NCBI GenBank assembly: GCA_034780895.1
Contig: JAUZTB010000083.1
Coordinates: forward strand, 8,338,999 to 8,402,998
Length of the DNA: 64,000 nt
Direction of reading: 5' to 3'
Source of the DNA: Rhynchobatus australiae
Lineage: Eukaryota
Shown here: piece by piece, positions 52,001 to 61,958 of the stretch
Layout: each line of letters starts with the position of its first letter
Numbering within the stretch: position 1 is the stretch's first letter
The notes under the pieces: generated by a model
Databases searched by the model: none
The model's input: only the letters and a program-made list of their open reading frames with translations
Told to the model about the DNA's origin: nothing
Program-made: the position numbers and the translations under genes

Positions 52001-53591
52001 TCCTCTCATTGTCCACCTTGCTGACATGTACAAAACTTCCTGTGACATTAGAGGTGGTCTTTGGACAGGTGCTACCGTGATTTGACAATCCCATTAGTGA
52101 ACTGACGATGTGTTCTTATGAAAAATACTGGAGAGATTGCAGTGTACTTTAAAAGTAGCAATTTCAAATAACGTCATTAAAGCAAGTAGTTTGTTGACTC
52201 ATTTGAGCCCTGTCACTGAATTCTAAGCAGTCACTCTCTGCCAAATATCCCAACTGCTTTCCCATTGTGCAGAGTGAAGGCAGCTTTTCTCCTTAACTCT
52301 TGCCAACTGTGAACATTACAAGATATTGACATGAGCTGGAATCTTGCAGTGTATTGGAAGTTTAATCAGATTTTTAGTGTATGTCGTGCCTGATAAACTT
52401 GCCTGTAAATGCAAAAGGAATATTGTGTTTGCCTTGCCATCAGTTACTGAAGGAAGATGAATTCCCAGTGGCTGTCCAGATAACTGATGACATAATCAAT
52501 TGTGTTCCAAACTTATTGGTTTAATACATTAGGCAAATCTTCTTCCCAGCATTCAGGCTCTTTGTGAACATTGTCTTGTGTTTAATTTATAATTTATTTA
52601 AGATTAACCTACAATATTGTTTTGGGGAAAGGGCCAAAAATTAATCATTTCACTAAGTTTTTCTTTGAGTTTTAGAGCTTGTGTAATATGGCAGTAAAAT
52701 AACTGAAATGTAGGGGCAGTTTTATTATTAAGATAATTGAATTATTTGTTGCATTTTAATTTTCTTTCATTCCCTGCCCTGTTTGTATTTTAGCATTGGG
52801 CTTACCAGATTACCACCAGTAAATCTGATTCTGATTATTTTACACATCCCAAATATTTTGAAAATCACTACATACTTACTGTGCTGCTTCCGTTTCAAAG
52901 TTTACCCTCAAACAGCAGGCTTGTGTTTTTTCCCCTTTCCACATGGCTGCTCTTTCCTGCTCAACCACCGTGAGCAAGTGATTTACTTTGCTGCATTGCT
53001 ACCAACCAGTTGTCTGTAGGCGTGGTAACTCACTGTATGTTTTTGTGTGTTTCAAGTGGTAGCCAGTTTGGGTAGAGTTAACACTAGATACCAACCATCA
53101 TGAAACAGATGAACTTAGGCTGTTGTTTAAGGTAGCAAGTTCTGCCACATTGAACTGAACTGGGTATTACCCAGAATCTATTTGTAGATGGGTTTTCATC
53201 AGTCTCACCTGACATGGTGCACGGCAATACATACTTGAATTCTTATTCATCAGTACAAACTTGCACAAGTAGAACACTCTCCACTAACCCTTGTATGTTC
53301 CCCCAGCACACCCAGCTGGGTCAGCCACTGTTTTTGAGGCTGAGTGTCTGTCAATTAAATATTGCAATCTTGTTAAGAGTTTAAAATGTAATAGCACCAA
53401 GCCAAGTATATGAACTTAAAATGCAGATTGATGATGTTCTACTGGAATGGCAAGGCAGAATAAAGAGCCTAATGCCGTTCCTACATTCATAATGCCTATG
53501 ACACAAGGAAATGGATATCAGGTGACTTCATTTTGCACCCAACCCCCAGCCTACCTGTCCTGGGAGAGGCTACCATTAGCTTCTTTAAGCA

Positions 53592-53785
53592 GAAGAAAAC
53601 TGTAGATGCTGGAAATCTAAAACAAAAACTGAAACTGCCGGAAATATTCAGCAGGTCAGGCCACATCTGTGGGAAATAAAACAGTCAGTGTTTTGGGTCG
53701 GAGACCCCTTCTTCAGAACGCTCTGTCGACTGTGCTGCCCTTTTCTCAGATGTGGCTGTCCTGCCATGTATTTTCTGTGTCTGTA
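53592..53785. mobile_element. Penelope-derived mini-element with inverted halves
   Basis: actgtagatgctggaaatct...cagcaggtcaggccacatctg versus cagatgtggctgtcctgc. Hammerhead-like motif on the minus strand at 53681-53719. Confidence 0.75.
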
Positions 53786-54699
53786 TTAGCTGCTTTAATC
53801 CTGAGAGAGATTTAATCAGCAATGCCATATCCCTAGTGTAACTCTATCCAGTAGCCCCTGCTTTGACACACATGGGCAGCATTGCTCCTTTGGCCACAGA
53901 TTTTAAATACAAGTGTAAATAAAAATCTGTGATATTTGGCTGTCTGATCTGGACCAGTGGTCCTTGACTACAAACCAGAATGATTTCTGGTGAACTTCAC
54001 CTTCTAGCTATAGGTTCACTGTCAAAATTTTCAGCAAGAACCAGATATGCCTCCCTGCAAGGGTACCTCACTGGCATTGCCCCAAGCAACTGCAGGCCTC
54101 CAAGGTGAGATTTACATGGTTGATCCGCTTTTGGCACTTCAGTGCTCACCCAAAGACCCAGCAGCAACTTGGATACCCGCAGCATTAGAATCATGGTATG
54201 AAGCATTACTGTAACAACACAGCACTATTGTGCTAAAGCTGACACAGATCCTAGCAATGATTTGATGACACTACTTAAAATACTGTGCAATAATTATAAT
54301 AACAATCAGCAGTTGTACCAGCAATTTGTGTTTTGAAATGGCAGGGGAAGAACTGTCATTTGTTTATCCATCAGTGGGCTTAGGAACCTGGATTGCCTGA
54401 GTCAGAGAGAGATGCTTTCACATGAAGAGAAGTAATGTTTTGTGAGTGTTGTTGTTGGTCCACAACAATTGATATGGGAGAGCAAGTCTGCAGCAAAGGA
54501 TTTATTTCTTTTAATGCCATCTTTTAGAAGCTCAGCAGTGATGGAGCTTGATTTTTGTAATTCAAGGTGTAGCTGCCAAATGATGCCATTGGCTTAATTT
54601 GAATTGTTTTGAGTGATAGGGAAGAGACCCACTTGTCTAGTCTCTGTCGTGATGTGCAGTTGGAGACCCACCATTTTTTTCTTGTTGGTTAATCAAGTT

Positions 54700-55090
54700 T
54701 TGAGATGTGAGTATTGCTTGGAAGGCCAGCATTTATTGACTATCTTTAATTGCCAATGGAATTGAACATTTGCAAATATCAGTGAACGTCCCCTCTTCTG
54801 ACCTTATGATGGAAGTTGATTAAAGCAGCTGAAGGTGGTTAGAACACTGCCCTGAAGAACTTCTCCAATGTTGTCNNNNNNNNNNNNNNNNNNNNNNNNN
54901 NNNNNNNNNNCAACTAGTTTCTTATTTTGGAGGTATGATTCCAGGCACAGTTTTTTTTCCCACTTGATAACCATTGGCTAGTTTCATCAGGTTTCCTTAA
55001 ACCCACACCTGATCAAGTGCTGCTTTGATGTCAAGGGCAGTCACTCCCACTTTGCCTCTGGAACTCACCTCATTAGTCTATGTTTGAACT
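54700..55090 (-). mobile_element. CR1/L2-group LINE fragments (tail plus RT region)
   Basis: aaggccagcatttattg tail. tgctgctttgatgtcaagggcagtcact reads VTALDIKAA on the minus strand (RT LDIKAAFD motif). Confidence 0.7.
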
Positions 55091-55489
55091 AATTTCCTAG
55101 CACTTCCTCTGGCTGCCTTTGGCTTTGAGCAGGTTCACGATCTCCATGAGATATCTTCACAAAGAAATTAAGGTGATTTGCCTGTCAACTCAGGTCATTT
55201 CTGGGTGGTTTCTAGTTTCATTTGGCAGAAGACTTGGTATCAGTCAGGGAGCAGTATTGCTTGTTGTTCGTTATAACTGAAAAAACAGCCAATTAAAAGA
55301 ATGTATTCTGCATGGACATAACTGTTCCATATGTTATAACAGTGACTGCAAATCAGCCATCTCAAAGGGTTGCAAAACGTGAAAAGTATGATAAAAGATT
55401 TGAGTTTCTTTGCTTTGTACTGCAGTTACATAATGTCTTGGGAATTATGGTGTTTGTTCTACATGAATAAAATGTTTGGATCCTGTATA

Positions 55490-55568
55490 GGAAATTGTGG
55501 ATGGGTAATTGATGGTTGGAGTGTACATGGTAGGCTGAATGGCCTGTTTCTGTGCTGTATTATGGTCT
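55490..55568 (+). mobile_element. CR1 3' tail
   Basis: tgatggttggagtgtacatggtaggctgaatggcctgtttctgtgctgtat. Confidence 0.65.
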
Positions 55569-57432
55569 GCATATGATTGCTGGATTCAGCTGAAACAGCA
55601 GGCCTTCCTATCTCATGAGGTGGTGACTGCAATTTAATTTCCATCATTTCAACAAATAGAACTACTTGAAATAAGATATCAATGGAGGAAAATTGTTCAA
55701 ACACAAAGAATATCCTCAAAGAAAAAATATATGACATTAATGATAACCTTCTATGTGTACCGAGAGTGACCCTTCTGCAATTTACAGAACAATCATTCAA
55801 ATACTAAGTACAGCTCAGTCACTNNNNNNNNNNNNNNNNNNNNNNNNNNNNNNNNNNNNNNNNNNNNNNNNNNNNNNNNNNNNNNNNNNNNNNNNNNNNN
55901 NNNNNNNNNNNNNNNNNNNNNNNNNNNNNNNNNNNNNNNGGCTTCTGGATTGCATTATCCTTGCAATGTTTGTCCTTAATGTCCTTTGGGTAAGCCTATA
56001 TTAATGTGGCAGCGTTATCAAATACAGTAGATAGGCAGAAGCCCAGCATGGATGAGGTTTTAGATGGAAATTATTCGGACAGTGCTGTTTCTAGCTAGCA
56101 TTACCAGACCTCTGTAATGCTGCCCTGAAGTTAATACTTTGTAGGTTTGGAAACCTTTGCAAGTTACTATACTAATGTGTCTGTGACTGGTTTACAAGCT
56201 GGTGCACAAATTTGAATTTCTACCATCCCAGAGCCTTTGAAGGGAAGATTGGTTGGAAGAGCAAGTGGAAATTCTAATGAACTAGCTGGCCAAAACTATT
56301 TCACTGATGCCTGCTCAGCATCACAGCCATGTTCATACAAGGATCTGAACAGAATTCCTTTTAGAGTGCCAAAATTTATATACACTCTGGGATCAACCCT
56401 CACTGTTATCTTCCTTGGATCATGAAGCAACTTACTCCATGGCAAATCAATAGTTTCCTGCTGGCAGATATGCTGGTGGAATTCCTAGGTGGAAGAGATT
56501 TCACAGAAAGTTTTGCTATTTAATTGGAAACAATTCTTATTTAAAGAACATTGAATTTAACTAGTTGATCCATGATACAGTCTAAGGTTCACATTATTTT
56601 CTTTGAAGATTTTATCTTGTCACTAAATATCTAACAGAACAAGATACCTGTGTGCATGGTTTTTGAGCCCATCTGTGCAACTGTCTAAGCTTATGGCTGT
56701 GAGTTAATTGGTGTATGCAGAGTGAACTGGTACTTATTGGTAACTTGAGATGAAATGTGTTGTAATGCCTTCTGTGGTGCACTTCTCATCCTGTGTCAGG
56801 TTGGCTAAATTTTCCATCATTTCAACTGAGTGATAATTTTCTTTTATAGAAACAAGATGGCCATGGAGTAGTTGACAGGAGTAGCAAGGTGTACCCATTT
56901 CCTGTTCTCTAAGAGAGACTGTATAATCTCTGTTCGATACATAATTTCTTCCATATCTGTTCATATTGTTAATTCTCTATGTATAAAAATCATAGTATTC
57001 AACCCAATAATCTAACTTGCACTCTCTCAATCCCATGTGGTAAAAATATATCTTAATCTAGATCAGTGGTCATGATGCTANNNNNNNNNNNNNNNNNNNN
57101 NNNNNNNNNNNNNNNNNNNTCTCAAATTCTCCAAACCATCTACCAGTTTTATACCTGGAAGTGCTCCATTCAGAGTGAACTCATTGTATTAGGCATTTCC
57201 TACACTTCCCTGTCACCATTCTCTCGTTTGTTGCTTCACTCAAAACAGGATATAGTAAGGTGAAAGAAAGGTGAGGAACTAGGAAGGGCTTGAAAAAAGT
57301 ACAACTGCTCTTCACGCACCCATCAGATTAACCCAGCTGATGACGAGACCTCCTTTGTCAAGATAATTGCTTTGATGTTATCTTCGCATGATTCAAATGA
57401 AGAATTTCCTTCATTTTTTTTTTGTTTTCCAG

Positions 57433-57526
57433 GTTGGCAGTGTAAGTGCAGGAACCAAGCTACCCTCTTCTTGTAGGGGTTTTGAAGATGCTGTTCAGAT
57501 TGGTGGTGACATTCTGCCCGACTCCA
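57433..57526 (+). other. Candidate 94-nt exon (alternative internal donor after 57441)
   Basis: Strong acceptor (ttccttca, long T-run, gttttccag). Donors CCA|gtaagt (57527) and AGT|gtaagt (57442). Confidence 0.5.
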
Positions 57527-57834
57527 GTAAGTAAAATATAAATAATTTTCATATCCAGCTGGTCAAAATTTGTAGGCAGTAGTCAGGAAACCACTGTCAG
57601 CTTGAGATAAGGTTGACAATATTGTTCCTTTCCCAATTCTGGTAAAACTCTATCCCATTTCTTTTTCTCCAGTCTGTATTCCTCACTATTGAGAGATGGG
57701 GAAAAGAACAGAAATTTCTGAGGAAAAAAAACATGGCATGCAATAGTTTGCTTTTGTGCAGTTTGATTCCTGGTTCACAACCTCTAGAGGATCTGATACC
57801 ACCTTAAGATCCTGTGCCAGGGTCCTTATTACCA

Positions 57835-57912
57835 GTCAAAGTTAAGTTTATTGTCATATGCACAGCTGCAATGAAAAACTTACTTGTAGCACCATCGTAG
57901 GCACATACAGAA
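57835..57912 (-). mobile_element. Rex-type LINE tail fragment
   Basis: aagttaagtttattgtcatatgcaca...tgcaatgaaaaacttacttgtagca. Confidence 0.6.
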
Positions 57913-58627
57913 AATGTATTTGCACAGCACAAGGACTGGAATATTTGAAGGTGAGTTGGTGAAGCAAATTGGCTAAGGAGCCAGATAAATCTCTGAATGC
58001 ACTGTTCTCTTGCCACACTTACTCCGGATTAGCTGCCAGGGGGAGGGCTCTCTTGTCCACATTGGTCATTCAGTGGGGTCCTGTGTTTGCTTCCAATTCC
58101 ACCATTGCTCATGGGAATTTAAAAAAGTCCCTCCCCATTTCAGGTGTTGAATTTTAGAGTGTACAGACTGTGAATAGCACTATAACTTAGTTCAAAAAGT
58201 GATTAATGTAGGCTGCAATCCCCTGCCGCAATTTACCCAGATCATTTCTTGGGATTCCTACTGCAAGTATTCAAAAAAAAAATCTGCTTTTGTTGCCTGG
58301 GATATACCATGGGTCCACTCTTGATTTCTATTATTAAAGCTGTGCTTGAAGCTGGGGAAGGGAAAATATTGGTGCAGTAGTTTTATTTAAATGGGGCCTG
58401 TTCGTTTGCTATAAAGAAGCTAGGGACACAGTGTGAATAACAGCACTCTTCTCTTGTGGTGGACATCTCCTGGCTGCACAGAGGTAATGGGCGCAGCAAT
58501 TAATGAGAAATAATTATCACTCCATGAACTGTTGTTAAATGTTATTTTCCCTGTTTGTTTCAGAGTGACCTGCTTGTAAAGGGAATTGCTGGATTCTCAA
58601 TCTCTGCATATCCTTCATCCTAAAGTA

Positions 58628-58712
58628 CCTGCATTCACCACAGCAGCACATCATGGTTTGCATGCTTGTACTAAATATCCAAACCATTGTGTGCTGTTAT
58701 GGGGAGTGTGGG
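58628..58712 (+). ncRNA. MIR497: microRNA precursor, miR-15 family, miR-497-like (Mir-15-P1d); mature 5p ~58641-58662 CAGCAGCACAUCAUGGUUUGCA
   Basis: AGCAGCA seed. 5p pairs with 3p caaaccattgtgtgctgttatg (58680-58701) with a 2-nt overhang, and the lower stem extends to 58628/58712. The 5' C, the 3p arm and the flanks (cctgc...; gag.gtggg) resemble human pre-miR-497 as recalled. Family call is firm; paralogue call is inferred. Confidence 0.9.
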
Positions 58713-60830
58713 AAAATCTGGCCAAGAGTGGGACTAAAAGGTAGTTTTTGGGGTTTGTATGGAATGACAATGCTTTCCACCCTACAAGTGCCTTTCTCCC
58801 TAATTGCTATCTAGTTTAAAAAAGACTTTGTTTCAAGCATTATGGATATCATACTGCTCAGGAATCCACCCAATTTATGTAACATTGAATTTTCTCTCAT
58901 ATTTAGACTTTTTCATTCTTATTCCATATCTTCCTCACACTCCTCTCTAATTTTTAACATTTTAATATCATTAGCAATTCTGAACTTTTGTTTCTTCTTG
59001 GCACCTTTTAACTATCCTTGAATTCTTGTTGCATTGACAGTAAGAATCACTATTCTAACTTTTATTCTTAACTCATTGTCTCTCAGCATCTCATGTCCAT
59101 GGACTGCCTTAATTCTTGGCAGGTTTTCAGAACCCATTTAACACATTTAAACTTAATCTTTGCACTTTTCACTTGTGCTAGTTTTAAAAATAACTAGATT
59201 TCTAATTCGGTATTGGTATTGGTTTGCCAGAATTGGTACTGGCCAGAATAATGTTGTTTCTTAATCTATCTTGATTCTCACTGCAAACTTAGATTGTTTG
59301 TTGGGCTCCAGATTCCATTTTCTAAGGCTCCATAGCATTTATTGCACAAATTTCCCCAGGACTTGAATAATAAAAGGCCAATGTAATTGTAATCCACATA
59401 GAGAATGATGCACAGGAAACAATGGAACCCATGGCTTTATTTTACCTATAAATCTGACACTGTTTCTGTTGGTACTGCCTCTGGTAACATGAGAGAGCAG
59501 AAGTTTCTTGCATAGAAGGGGGACATGACTCAAGTTGTTTCTCCCAACCTTGTCCTCCATCTTATTACAGGCCTCTCCTGCTGATCCTATGGTGGTGAGG
59601 TATTCAGTGCTCTTGAGAGTTTCTGTATTGGACATGTGTCTCATTTAGACGGTGCTTGCACAATGTTCCATGCTTGCACTTAGTCAATAAATTATTCTCT
59701 AATCTCACCTTTAATTTTAATTAAGAGATGAACTCTGGGGTTCTGTGATTTGCCTCTGCCTTGTCATTCTGTTAGAGAATGCATTCCAATATTATGTGTC
59801 ATAAAATTTGCAAAGAGTCAGATTCTACCCAGCTGCATGTATGGGTTTTTCTGCTCATCAGTTCTTAGGCCATTTTCTGTGATGTCCCTCCACAACTGAA
59901 GTAAGACAGAGGTCTGAACTGCAGCTACAGTCCCACTGCCCCTATATGAAATTGGCTGGCAGCATTCACTAAAGAAGAAAGGTTAAGAATAGAGGACTGT
60001 GTTTGTTGAAAATGAAAGGGGAAGAATGGTTTCACTTGACAAATCTAAGTGCATTGTAAATTTGTCCCAACTGCTGCTTTTCCTCTATTTTATGCTTTAA
60101 AGTTACTGGCTAGAAATAGCTTCAGCGCACAAGTGTTGTGTGGGTTCCCCATGTGAAAAATCTCCCACATGATTTGCAAAGGGCTCTTCTGTGAGTAGGA
60201 CCACATTGGACAGTTGTATCCCTGTCTGTACTGCTGAAGGTGGCAGGTGGTGTTCACTCCTCCCATTCCAGTTAAGAATCACTGTACAAAAAGAATGCAC
60301 ATTAGACCATTCCATGACAGAATCAAAAATGGCAAAGGATGGTGTAAAGACTCAGTGCCTTGACAGTTTCCAGCACTGACGCCAAGGAAATGTGCTGATT
60401 CTTATGGAAAACAATTACCACCCCATTTGCATTTGCTGGAACTTCTTCCTTTGGTTTATTTCCAACCATCCCAAAGATAGGAAACAAATCTGGACTGAGC
60501 AACTTTCACCCAGGTCACGTCATCAACAGAAAATTCTCATGGTGTTCACAAATGTCAAGAAATCCACACTTAGATATTAGAAAGAGAGACCCAAAGTTGG
60601 AGGGTGCCTGTCATGCATGAGATCCATCTGCCCACAGAAAGTAACCACTTCTTTTACCCATACTCTACCAGAAAGTTAGCCCAGTTGGGTCAACAGTAGA
60701 TTTTGTAAGCTTCCTGTGTTGTATGTGAAGATGATTCACACTGAAAGGTTTGCTCTGCCCTTAGAAGTAATGCTGCTGGGTGCAGGGTTGTAGTGCACTT
60801 AGTGTGGGAAGTGTGTGTCATCTGCAGCGC

Positions 60831-60979
60831 TATATATAAACACACACCTTCATCGTCTATGCAGCATGTGCTGCTCTCATTTTAGTTTCACCCTGAAGAG
60901 CATCCAGATCTGCACCACGTTATAAACACAAGCTGATGCCAAGATGGAGACGTATAGTTACAGTGTGGAGTATGTAAGT
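60831..60979 (+). promoter_or_regulatory. Candidate TATA/MEF2-like site followed by a short exon ending in gtaagt
   Basis: ctatatataaa (60830-60840), aagATGg at 60944, 10 codons METYSYSVEY, donor TAT|gtaagt at 60974. Confidence 0.3.
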
Positions 60980-61872
60980 ACATCATTAGCTTTATGCAGT
61001 GTCTGCTGTGTGTATTCCCATATATAAAAACAGCTGAGATGTCTTGAGTTTGCACCTTGGCTCCATGTGTTATGTGTGGTTTTTGCTACACTCTAATTAG
61101 CTTAAAGCTTTGACCAGGTATCTGAACCCCAATTGAATACAACTGTAATTGATTAACAGCTTGAAGCATCAATTGGGTGGCAGTGCAGTCTACAGTGCAG
61201 GAGGTGAGAGATGACTCACTGACTTGAATCTTGAGGTGATTGTATGGTAATTAAAAGGATGCAATTTTCTTGATGAACTTTATCAGAAAATTGTGTAATG
61301 GAAAATTTTCTAATATATTTTAGCTCAATTATCATTGCAAATTGTATGATAACTTTTCAGTTCATTTTTGCTACTGCTTTACTAGTTTAAGCCCACTAGT
61401 ATGTATCTGTGTCCATATTAAAGCAAGATGGACTGCAACTTGTGGTCCAAGTGAGATCTTTAATTTTGGCTGTATTCACACACACTCCCTCTGTTTCTGA
61501 ATGATCACAGTTCGCAACTGATCTGCAGTTTTAGGTTNNNNNNNNNNTGGACCTGGTTTCTAATCTGTTTGGAAAGTTGCTGAAAAATCAAATGTGTATT
61601 TTAAACTGAATCTCCTCCCTTAAATTGTGTGCCAGTAAGTTTTAATGAAGTACTAATTGCTTAAGTTAAAAACAACAAATCAAAAACAACTCTTTTCCTT
61701 TAAGTGGTGAAGCATTTTAACTTGTGGGTTTGTGTGTGTGTGTAATACACACTCATGAACAAATGTTTAAAATCCATGTTATAAAGCTGCAAGATAATGC
61801 AGTGATCTGTGTGGTCAGATTTTTGGGTGTGGGATTCCGAGGTGCTGGGTGTGGAGGATAAAGGAATGCACT

Positions 61873-61958
61873 GTCGACTCTGCTTTAGCAGCACATAAAT
61901 ATTGGCAGGTTCCAACCTTTTTGCCAATATTGTGTGTGCTGCTCCAATATGGTCCGAC
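61873..61958 (+). ncRNA. MIR195: microRNA precursor, miR-15/16 family, miR-195-like (Mir-15-P2d); mature 5p ~61886-61907 UAGCAGCACAUAAAUAUUGGCA
   Basis: 5p pairs with 3p ccaatattgtgtgtgctgctcc (61924-61945), which resembles miR-195-3p. Basal UG at -14 (61872-61873) and CNNC (cagc, 61964-61967). Lies downstream of the miR-497-like hairpin, as in the known cluster order. Confidence 0.92.

Noticed and set aside
58628-61958. Assignment as miR-15b/16-2 or miR-15a/16-1
   Set aside because: No SMC4 coding exons are visible around the hairpins. The 5' C, 3p arms and flanks fit miR-497/195 better, though synteny is unverified.
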